From assembly GCA_030649135.1 (NCBI GenBank), contig JAUSGI010000004.1, forward strand, positions 32,001-96,000: DNA of 64,000 nt. Direction: 5' to 3'. Numbering within the stretch: the first letter of the stretch is position 1; each line of letters opens with the position of its first letter. Source of the stretch: a bacterium. GTDB taxonomy: Bacteria; Patescibacteriota; Minisyncoccia; Phycocordibacterales; Zambryskibacteraceae. Shown here piece by piece: positions 56,654-64,000 of the stretch. The translations under genes and the position numbers were made by a program. The notes below the pieces were generated by a model. That model did not search any database and had not been told where the DNA came from. It saw only the letters and a list, made by a program, of their open reading frames with translations.

Positions 56654-57841
56654 ATGGAAGATGAAATAAAGCGATATTTTGAGGGCATAGATCTTGATAT
56701 TCGGAAGCAATCTCGGGGCTATTCACGCTTCATGGATCAGAAAGTTGCTCCAGATGTCCTGTCTTTTATTGCTGATTCTGTAGTCAATTCTATGGATGGA
56801 AAGGAGCCTGGTACCACCTTTACCATTGGTGATGTATGGGAGTTTCCTTACTTTGTAAAAAATACAGAAGCTGTATTCGGGAAACCCTCTCCAGAAAATG
56901 AAACCACGGAATCTGAGTATGATAAATTTATCGCCCAGCCCTTAAAAACCCTTGCTTTTGCTAAGATTCTGGAAGAAGAAAAAGTTGGAGGGAAAAATAC
57001 ATATAAGGTTCTAAGGCCCGATATTTTGGAGTATATTTCTCAAAGCGAGAAAAACGCCTTTATATTTTTAGTCCTCTATATTGAAAAGGTTTTATCTGAC
57101 AGTGGATTCATAAAAAACTTCGAGGAATATAGGGAAAAGGCGCAGTCAAATAAACTAAAACCAGAAGATCTTGAAATATTAAAAAAAAGATTCCAAAAAT
57201 TCATTTTGGGCAATACCAATATAAATGGCGTAATAGAAATAAATAGAGTATTTCCGAAAGTTCTAAATCCTTATGCAGCTTCACATCAAATTCCAGGAAT
57301 AGAAAGGGGGCACATAACTTCTGGTAGATTTATTTACCCAGATCTCATGTATAACCGAGAAAATTTTAGGGACATTGGAAAAGACAAGACTGTAAGTAGA
57401 CAAGAAGCGTTAAGAGAAATTACTCAGCAGCCAGAAGTTGTTGAATATCGAGTTCAAAAAGCAAAAAGTATTATACGGCGCCATCATTCAAGTAGTGAGG
57501 TTAAGGATAGCTTGGCAGTAGGCGAAGCGACTCAGGTTCATCATATTTTTTCAGACCATGAATTTCCTGAAATATCTGATTATATTGAAAACCTTATTTT
57601 ACTAACACCTCAGCAGCACAACACAAGAGCTCATCCAAAAAATAAAACAAATACCGTTGACGCAGAGTATCAAAGGGAATGCTTGTTATCTAAAATTGAT
57701 TCGATTGAGATGTCCGTAAGTAAGCGAGACAGCCTGTATTCTAAGGAAAGATTTATACACGTTGTGAATATTGGCTATGAACTTGATCTCTCGACAAATA
57801 CTAGTTTTGAAGAATTGAGAGATATTATTCGAAAGAGATAG
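56654..57841 (+). CDS. HNH-motif protein (PtuB-like partner) with a large N-terminal domain of unknown function
   Basis: C-terminal region QVHHIFSDHEFPEISDYIENLILLTPQQHNTRAH (HH...N...H); start at MEDEIKRYF (the listed ORF uses an upstream TTG). Confidence 0.55.
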   Translation: MEDEIKRYFEGIDLDIRKQSRGYSRFMDQKVAPDVLSFIADSVVNSMDGKEPGTTFTIGDVWEFPYFVKNTEAVFGKPSPENETTESEYDKFIAQPLKTLAFAKILEEEKVGGKNTYKVLRPDILEYISQSEKNAFIFLVLYIEKVLSDSGFIKNFEEYREKAQSNKLKPEDLEILKKRFQKFILGNTNINGVIEINRVFPKVLNPYAASHQIPGIERGHITSGRFIYPDLMYNRENFRDIGKDKTVSRQEALREITQQPEVVEYRVQKAKSIIRRHHSSSEVKDSLAVGEATQVHHIFSDHEFPEISDYIENLILLTPQQHNTRAHPKNKTNTVDAEYQRECLLSKIDSIEMSVSKRDSLYSKERFIHVVNIGYELDLSTNTSFEELRDIIRKR

Positions 57842-57845
57842 TTTT

Positions 57846-60365
57846 CTAGCGATTTATGCCAAAAAAGAATACTGAATTATTGTCGATGTTTAAAGATCTG
57901 GTACCGTGATTCCTTGCTACTCGATAAAATTGGGTGAATTCGTCTGTTCCAAAATAATCAAGGTCTTTTAGAGTTATCTTAGCTCCGGGTTCTTTTAGGG
58001 TGAGGATTGCCACAGACCCATCAACAAGCGTGTTCTCTGGTAAAAATGAAGCTCTGGGAGCATAGGTCAGGTTTGGCACCAAGACGCTATTTTCTTTATT
58101 CCAAAACTTAGAGATTGATAACCCGTCTAACGAATCAACATAAGAGTCATAATTTGGAATGTTCAGGATCTCATTTCGTCCGATATTTCTTGATTTCAAT
58201 ATTCTTATTTTCCCCTTGTTTTTTGTTATCTTTTTTGTAATTTGTCGATCTCTGTAAGATGTAAATATATTGAATCGAAGTTTTTTTGCAACGAAGTCAA
58301 AGAATTCATTTCTGTACACCAACCAGTAAGGAAAATCTTTCGAACAAATATAAGATTGATCTTTATAACCAATTTCGTTTTTTACATAAGACTCAACGAG
58401 AGTCCGGGCCCCTTTATTACGAGTATTGATAATCAAACTGATTGTCTCAATCTTCACACCCCTGAACCCTTTTTCTCCATAGTCTGTGATTTTTTCAATG
58501 GCAAATGACGAAGCAAGTTCTCTTGTTTTGTTAAATTCGGGTGCTGATAGAAAACTTTTGGGAATAATAAGACCTACGGTATCTCCTTGTTGCATTGCTT
58601 TCTCGAGAAAAAAAGAAAATAGATTATTTGTTTCGGCATTATATTTATTCTTCTTATAAGTGTTTAGGAGAACTTTATTTTCAGATATATCTCCGAATGG
58701 TGGATTGCCAATAACGATATCGTATCTTTTAGATTGGCCAAATAAATTAGTCTCTCCATGCAATAGAAAATCTGCGTTAATTAAATTGATCTTGATATTT
58801 TTTGGAACATCAAGTTTTTTTAGTAAAAGTTTAAGAATCTCAATTGCATTTTTGTCGATATCAACTACATCAATAGTTACCTCCTTAACTGTTTTATATT
58901 TTTGAACAAGAAGCGGGAGAAAATTACCAGCACCGACTGATGGTTCTAATATAGAAAGTTTTTCAAACTTTGATACATCAGGAAGATCTTTTACTATAGT
59001 GAAGCAAATGTCCTGTCTGGTGTAATACGCGGCGTGCTGAAGACGTTGGGCATTTGAAAGCTCGACGATTTTAGCTAATTCGGGGTAGCTAAAATTTTGC
59101 ATATTCTCTTCGAGAAAAGTCTTAATATTTTCTTCTATATTAAGCCTTTCATCTTGGATTAATTTTTTTATTTGGATTTCATTATTTTCAACATTTCTAA
59201 GCTTTGACTTGATATTTTTAGCTATACCGTTGAATATAATTGTGGGGACTGCCTCACCTAGTGATTGTCTTATATTTATCTCTTCTTTCTTGAGAATTTT
59301 CCTCTTTTCTTCATTTGACAACTTATTTAATTCATCAAGCGGAGTAGATACCCAATTAAAAGAATCTGGTACGGACATCATTCTCATTAACTCTCTAATA
59401 CTAAATACCCTGTTATCTTTTGGATGAATGGTTGCTTGGCTCGCAAATATATCGTTTCGGGTATGTATACAAGGAGCAACTTTATCCCAATAACATCGTG
59501 AGTATTTATCTCCGTTCTTGTTTTCATTGTGTACAATCTTTCCGTTTATGATTTGGTGAGGTCGCTTTTTGGCATCAGTATTATCAAACGCAGATTGTCC
59601 CTCCTTGGTATTCTCAATCCAAGAAAGCATATGCTCAGCGTACGGACGAAAATTGTGATAGATGTCCTTTTTATCAATCTCACCCATATTTTTAAGAGAT
59701 GAAAGGTTGCCTATCGTATCACGCAAGGTACCACCATCTTTCAATACTGGCATTAGATCAAGAGGTGTAACTTCTTGAATATCTTTTCGTACTCCTATAA
59801 CGAGTGTTCGGGTTCTACTCGATGGATTACCATAATCTTTGAAATTGATTACTTGATAGTGGATGTTATATTTACCTCCAAGATTTACTTCAATTGCTTC
59901 ACGAATTTGTTTTTGTTTCTTATCGATGTCAGTGCAGAGTGTAGATAGAAAAGCCCTCACATTCTCAAATATAAAAACTTTCGGTCTAATTTCATCTACA
60001 ATTTTTATTGATTCAACGACAAGAGAATTTCGTTCAAGCTCATCCCTTTTTTTGTGATTGGCTACAGACATACCCTGACATGGGGGTGTTGCCAATAAAA
60101 CTTCAACTTCTTTTAAACCTTGCTTTGATTTCCAGAGATCAATTTCTGAAAATATTTTTTCTTGAGTGGCTTTTTTTGTGATGTCATCAGCAATATAACC
60201 ACTTGGATATAAACACTTATTATTATGTCTTTGCACATCCAAACGTCTGTTCATAAGTTCAACAGTTGCAACACAATCAAATCCTTCTTTAGAAAAACCA
60301 TAGCAACCAACGCCGGCGCTACTGAATAAACTTATATATGTTAATTTTTTATTTTGGTTTTTCAT
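57846..60365 (-). CDS. fused DNA methyltransferase: N-terminal C5-cytosine MTase plus C-terminal N6-adenine (gamma-class) MTase
   Basis: C5 motifs: I (FSSAGVG), IV (PPCQGMS), VI (FENVRAF), X-like (GEAVP). N6A motifs: I (LEPSVGAGNF), IV (NPPFG). 839 aa. Confidence 0.75.
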   Translation of the reverse strand: MKNQNKKLTYISLFSSAGVGCYGFSKEGFDCVATVELMNRRLDVQRHNNKCLYPSGYIADDITKKATQEKIFSEIDLWKSKQGLKEVEVLLATPPCQGMSVANHKKRDELERNSLVVESIKIVDEIRPKVFIFENVRAFLSTLCTDIDKKQKQIREAIEVNLGGKYNIHYQVINFKDYGNPSSRTRTLVIGVRKDIQEVTPLDLMPVLKDGGTLRDTIGNLSSLKNMGEIDKKDIYHNFRPYAEHMLSWIENTKEGQSAFDNTDAKKRPHQIINGKIVHNENKNGDKYSRCYWDKVAPCIHTRNDIFASQATIHPKDNRVFSIRELMRMMSVPDSFNWVSTPLDELNKLSNEEKRKILKKEEINIRQSLGEAVPTIIFNGIAKNIKSKLRNVENNEIQIKKLIQDERLNIEENIKTFLEENMQNFSYPELAKIVELSNAQRLQHAAYYTRQDICFTIVKDLPDVSKFEKLSILEPSVGAGNFLPLLVQKYKTVKEVTIDVVDIDKNAIEILKLLLKKLDVPKNIKINLINADFLLHGETNLFGQSKRYDIVIGNPPFGDISENKVLLNTYKKNKYNAETNNLFSFFLEKAMQQGDTVGLIIPKSFLSAPEFNKTRELASSFAIEKITDYGEKGFRGVKIETISLIINTRNKGARTLVESYVKNEIGYKDQSYICSKDFPYWLVYRNEFFDFVAKKLRFNIFTSYRDRQITKKITKNKGKIRILKSRNIGRNEILNIPNYDSYVDSLDGLSISKFWNKENSVLVPNLTYAPRASFLPENTLVDGSVAILTLKEPGAKITLKDLDYFGTDEFTQFYRVARNHGTRSLNIDNNSVFFFGINR

Positions 60366-60369
60366 GAAT

Positions 60370-60984
60370 TTATAGTGTTCTAATTATTTTTTCTACTATA
60401 CCCCTAATCTCAACTTGTTTTCGGTAAAAAGGTTTGAGGTTTTTATTTGCAGGCTGTAATCTGATTTTCCCTTTTTCCTTATATATTTTTTTAAGTGTTA
60501 CTTGATTGTCGTCAATGATGGCCACGGCAGTTTGTCCATTATCAGCTACGTTTTGAGATCGAATGACAACAATATCTCCATCAAAGATTCCATCCTCAAT
60601 CATACTGTCTCCTTTAACCTGTAGCGCATAGTGTTGAAAAGGTAGTTTGATATCACTTCTCGGGACGGTAATTGTTTTTTCGTTTATTTCCATTGCTTCA
60701 ATAGGCTCTCCAGCTGCAATACTACCAAGCAGTGGAATTTCTACGGTCGATTTTTCTTTCATCGTAGAAATAGTTCTTGGTTGATTTTCTTCTTTTGTGA
60801 GTAAACCCTTTTTTTGTAAGTGTTTAATGTGGAAATGGGCTGTTGAGACGGAAGCAAGTTTAAAATTTTGCTGTATTTCTACTAAAGAGGGAGCATACCC
60901 ATTCTTTTTTTGTGATTGCTTCACAAAATCTAGAACCATTTTTTGTTTTTTAGTAAGCATAGATATTGACATACTATTTATCAC
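60370..60984 (-). CDS. lexA: LexA repressor (S24 peptidase)
   Basis: LexA DNA-binding domain (LTKKQKMVLDFV...GYAPSLVEI); AAGEP Ala-Gly cleavage site; GDSM Ser and TLKK Lys. Confidence 0.85.
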   Translation of the reverse strand: MINSMSISMLTKKQKMVLDFVKQSQKKNGYAPSLVEIQQNFKLASVSTAHFHIKHLQKKGLLTKEENQPRTISTMKEKSTVEIPLLGSIAAGEPIEAMEINEKTITVPRSDIKLPFQHYALQVKGDSMIEDGIFDGDIVVIRSQNVADNGQTAVAIIDDNQVTLKKIYKEKGKIRLQPANKNLKPFYRKQVEIRGIVEKIIRTL

Positions 60985-61085
60985 GGAGGTATACTTCCAT
61001 TATAGAAGGAAAATAGAAGGTCTACAAGACCTACTTATCCACACCTCCTATATAAAGATCGAATTAGTAATAGTTCTAAAAAAAT

Positions 61086-61292
61086 ATGGCAAAACCTAAA
61101 TACATAGCAAAGTCTGGTCAGCCTTGGGCTCCAGCTGAAGTAAAACAGTTGAAAAGCATGGGAGGCAGGGTGCCTACTGGCGTTATTGGTTTGAAACTTC
61201 AGAGACCAGTTGCAGGAGTACGGGCAAAAGCTCAAGAAATCGGCATGAGTTTGAAGCCGGTAAATAAATCGCCACGATCAAAGCTTAAATAG
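61086..61292 (+). CDS. hypothetical small basic protein
   Basis: 68 aa; no motif recognised. Confidence 0.3.
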   Translation: MAKPKYIAKSGQPWAPAEVKQLKSMGGRVPTGVIGLKLQRPVAGVRAKAQEIGMSLKPVNKSPRSKLK

Positions 61293-61410
61293 GTAAACCT
61301 GAGCAAAAGGAATGGTAGTAAGTCGCAAGAGCGGTTATCGCGGTATAATTTATTTATGTCTGAATATTACAACCAAAACAGAATAGAATCTTGGAATTAC
61401 ATATCCTTGT

Positions 61411-61650
61411 ATGAACCAAGTTGAACGAGATTTAACATATAGATTGGATGCACTGAAAGCTACTTGTAATCAATACGGTCTACAGAGTTATGAGTGCAAG
61501 ACTTCTATGGAGATATGGCAAGATCAACATGACTGGAATGTAATGTATGAAAAATATGGTGATTACTTTGGTATAGGCTCTTTGACTGCCTTATTAATTG
61601 TTTTCTTCTATTATTTGTGGTTAAGTTCACTAAATTTAAGTAATAAATAG
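61411..61650 (+). CDS. hypothetical small protein with C-terminal TM
   Basis: 79 aa; hydrophobic tail. Confidence 0.3.
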   Translation: MNQVERDLTYRLDALKATCNQYGLQSYECKTSMEIWQDQHDWNVMYEKYGDYFGIGSLTALLIVFFYYLWLSSLNLSNK

Positions 61651-61651
61651 T

Positions 61652-62131
61652 ATGGATAAAAATAATACAAATGAATTGAGTGCTGTTTTATCTGGAGTAG
61701 CCGGGGAGTATTTTGTTGCCGGTGAGTTATCGAGAAGAGGATTTCTTGCTTCGATCACCCTTAGAAATACTAAAGGGGTTGATATCCAATGTTCAAATGG
61801 AGACGCTAGTAAATCAGTCAGCATACAAGTAAAAACAAATAAGGGTTCATCTAGAAAATGGGTTATGAACCGCAAGGCCGAGGATTATTATGCTGATAAT
61901 CTTTTCTATATTTTTGTGAATCTAAATGACAATAAAAAATCTCCAGATTATTTTGTGGTACCGAGTAAAGTCGCTGCGGAATATACAAAAAAGAATCATA
62001 TTGAATGGCTAGGAAGGCCAAGACGTGATGGTAATCCTCACAAAGATAACGACATGAGAAAATTTGTTGACTTAGAAGAAAGGTACTTAAATCGCTGGGA
62101 ATTGCTTGGGCTGGATATTCAAATTATATAG
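61652..62131 (+). CDS. hypothetical protein, possible PD-(D/E)xK-fold nuclease
   Basis: GVDIQCSN...SVSIQVKTN resembles a D...(E/Q)xK core; weak. Confidence 0.3.
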   Translation: MDKNNTNELSAVLSGVAGEYFVAGELSRRGFLASITLRNTKGVDIQCSNGDASKSVSIQVKTNKGSSRKWVMNRKAEDYYADNLFYIFVNLNDNKKSPDYFVVPSKVAAEYTKKNHIEWLGRPRRDGNPHKDNDMRKFVDLEERYLNRWELLGLDIQII

Positions 62132-62198
62132 GGGTAAATTTGAATCTGACGGAATTGGAAAAGATTAGAAATAAAATGGCAAAATTTAAAATAAATCC

Positions 62199-62603
62199 AT
62201 GAACACCTACAACTGGTACTCACAATTAATTAAACCACTGTGGGCACCGCCGGCAGAAGTTTTCGGCCCAGTATGGACCGTGCTATACGTCATTATCGCC
62301 ATCTCTTTCGGCCTCGTATTCTACAGAGTGTGGAAAGGGGAGTTGCCCAAGATGGTTGCATTGCCATTTGCGCTGAACCTCGTCTTCAACTTCGCCTTTA
62401 CCCCCATTCAATTTGGACTCAAGAATAATCTGTTCGCCGCGCTTGATATCCTGCTTGTGCTTGCGACTCTCGTCTGGGCGCTTTACCTCCTCTGGCGCAC
62501 TTCGAGCAAACTCCGCTCTGTTGTCTATGCCAATATCCCGTATCTGTTGTGGGTGACATTTGCGACCTATTTGCAATTAACCATCACTTATCTAAACAGA
62601 TAA
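62199..62603 (+). CDS. tspO: TspO/MBR-family tryptophan-rich membrane protein
   Basis: WYSQLIKPLWAPPAEVFGPVWTVLYVIIAIS; 5 TM helices. Confidence 0.8.
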   Translation: MNTYNWYSQLIKPLWAPPAEVFGPVWTVLYVIIAISFGLVFYRVWKGELPKMVALPFALNLVFNFAFTPIQFGLKNNLFAALDILLVLATLVWALYLLWRTSSKLRSVVYANIPYLLWVTFATYLQLTITYLNR

Positions 62604-62656
62604 TGTAACTCGGCGGGTTCAGCTTAATGGGAAATGGCTTAAAAATATGCTAAATT

Positions 62657-62746
62657 GACGCTTACTGGAGCCGTCGCATAGTGGTCTAGTGCGCCTCACT
62701 GCTAACGAGGTAGGGTCTAAAAGCCCTCGAGGGTTCAAATCCCTCC
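62657..62746 (+). tRNA. tRNA-Ser (anticodon GCU), type II with long variable arm, CCA encoded
   Basis: GGAGCCG acceptor pairs with CGGCTCC; anticodon loop CTGCTAA; variable arm AGGG...CCCT; T-arm GAGGG-TTCAAAT-CCCTC; G-CCA 3' end. Confidence 0.8.
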
Positions 62747-62804
62747 GGCTCCGCCAGATGACCAAGTTTGAACCGAAGCAAAATAAGGATATATTACCCA
62801 AATT

Positions 62805-63506
62805 ATGACCCTACTAGAACTCAAACGAAAATTGAGAGCCATTCAAGCTCTCGGATTTGTAAAGACACATCGTACAGGTGATACAGGCATTGGGAAAACG
62901 CTCGAGGATCTTCTTGGTATTAAAGAAAACAATATCCCACTTCCTGATATCGGCGAAATAGCAGAACTCAAAGCATATCGAAAAAATGCAACATCAATGC
63001 TGACGCTTTTTACGCTTGAACCTCGACCTAAAGGTGGAGATCGCGATCGAGTACTTCTGGATAGTTTTGGCTATTCAAAAAGAGATAATGGTCGCTCAAA
63101 AGAATTGCATAGCACTCTTTCGTGTAAGCGTTACAACAATCAAGGTCTGAAGCTCAAGGTTGAGAAAGATAAAGTGCGAGTCGTTGGCAAAGGCAGGAGA
63201 TTAAATATTTACTGGGACATGGAGGATCTCCAAAAGAAATTCGAGGCAAAATTGCCAGCCTTAGTATATGCACTAGCAGACTGTAAAGAAGTAAGAGGTG
63301 TCGAGCATTTCCATTTTAACCAAGCTTTCTTTTTAGAGGGCTTCGATTTTGAACACTTCAAAAGTCTGGTAAAGAAAGACGCCATTGTTGTAGATTTTAG
63401 AATGTTTTATCGTCCAAGTGGCTCCGTCCGTAATCACGGCACTGGTTTTAGGGTAAAAATAAAACAACTCTATAACTGCTTCGACACAAAGGTTGAGCTG
63501 ATTTAA
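62805..63506 (+). CDS. Type II restriction endonuclease, MvaI/BcnI-like
   Basis: TGDTGIGKTLEDLLGIKENNIPLPDIGEIAELK...SMLTLFT matches my recollection of the MvaI/BcnI family N-terminal region; convergent with an MTase. Confidence 0.6.
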   Translation: MTLLELKRKLRAIQALGFVKTHRTGDTGIGKTLEDLLGIKENNIPLPDIGEIAELKAYRKNATSMLTLFTLEPRPKGGDRDRVLLDSFGYSKRDNGRSKELHSTLSCKRYNNQGLKLKVEKDKVRVVGKGRRLNIYWDMEDLQKKFEAKLPALVYALADCKEVRGVEHFHFNQAFFLEGFDFEHFKSLVKKDAIVVDFRMFYRPSGSVRNHGTGFRVKIKQLYNCFDTKVELI

Positions 63507-64000
63507 TTTTTTCTCAAAACAACAATACTTTCTTTGTTCATCGTTTCCTCTAATGCACCCACGATATTTGTCGGAGAGTTTTTGATCGGCATTCTTTTGC
63601 CGGGAATATTTCGAACTATTATATCTTCGCAAGTAAATCCTATTTTTTCTGCTAATTCAGCAATAATAAAATCGGTGGGAATTCGCACTTGTTTAACTAA
63701 TCTATTTCCAACAACGAGACAGAAGTACTTTTTTGGTTTGAGTACCCTATGTGCTTGTTTCAAGCATTCATTTAAGCCTATATTAAAACTCAATACATCT
63801 CTTGCTCTTGCCTCATCTTGCTTGGCGATTTTTTCTAATGATTCTTTGAGATAATCGGATGAAAGTATATGAGTTAGATTCTTGCTGGCTCTACCCCCAA
63901 GAAGATTATTGTCTACAGCAGAAGCATCGTTTGGATCATCAAAAACATCAATCCACTGCGCCGAAAGGCGAGAAAACTGTCCATAAGCAACTGTAGTGCG
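63503..64000 (-). CDS. N4/N6 DNA methyltransferase (C-terminal part; gene continues beyond the window end)
   Basis: ECLKQAHRVLKPKKYFCLVVGN is typical of the N6_N4_Mtase family; the reading frame stays open to position 64000. Confidence 0.65.
   Translation of the reverse strand, partial: RTTVAYGQFSRLSAQWIDVFDDPNDASAVDNNLLGGRASKNLTHILSSDYLKESLEKIAKQDEARARDVLSFNIGLNECLKQAHRVLKPKKYFCLVVGNRLVKQVRIPTDFIIAELAEKIGFTCEDIIVRNIPGKRMPIKNSPTNIVGALEETMNKESIVVLRKN

Noticed and set aside
57846-60365. Calling the 839-aa MTase a Type IIG (nuclease-MTase) enzyme
   Set aside because: The N-terminal half carries ordered C5-MTase motifs (I, IV, VI, X), not a PD-(D/E)xK nuclease. It is a MTase-MTase fusion.

Overview
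This 64 kb window looks like a chromosomal segment of a small-genome, Patescibacteria/CPR-like bacterium. That lineage call is an inference from gene content, not a database hit.

The backbone is moderately A+T-rich. On it sit glycolysis genes (tpiA, pgk), a competence and recombination cluster (a pilin-like protein with a lamin-tail domain, recJ, rnhA, a split ComEC), sodA, and the str operon (rpsL-rpsG-fusA-tuf). The S10 and spc ribosomal operons run continuously from rpsJ to secY-adk-map but have no L30 gene. After them come ndk, infC-rpmI-rplT, a NUDIX hydrolase, a tmRNA next to smpB, ftsH, murC, a tRNA-Ile with a UAU anticodon, and recG.

Two things stand out.

- **G+C-rich cassettes.** Several short, visibly G+C-rich gene cassettes interrupt otherwise conserved operons, at the fusA|tuf, rplB|rplJ, pre-rpsS and rplE|rpsN junctions. 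One is an Endo-VII/HNH-type endonuclease. Each has its own Shine-Dalgarno site and a hairpin terminator. purB and a block at 49.6-54.0 kb are also G+C-rich.
- **Accessory region, 50.6-64.0 kb.** An ArsR regulator sits among four copies of a 30-38 bp imperfect palindrome and two paralogous small acidic proteins. Downstream are a PDE-like HD protein and then dinB, an AAA15/21-type ATPase and an HNH protein. Each of those three genes is preceded by the same ~30 bp promoter-like motif, and the ATPase/HNH pair is a Septu-like candidate defense system. The remainder holds a lexA gene immediately upstream of a fused C5 + N6A DNA methyltransferase, a TspO gene, tRNA-Ser, and a convergent MvaI/BcnI-like restriction enzyme with its N4/N6 methyltransferase.

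No rRNA genes or CRISPR arrays were seen. All calls come from reading the sequence and the translations; no searches were run.
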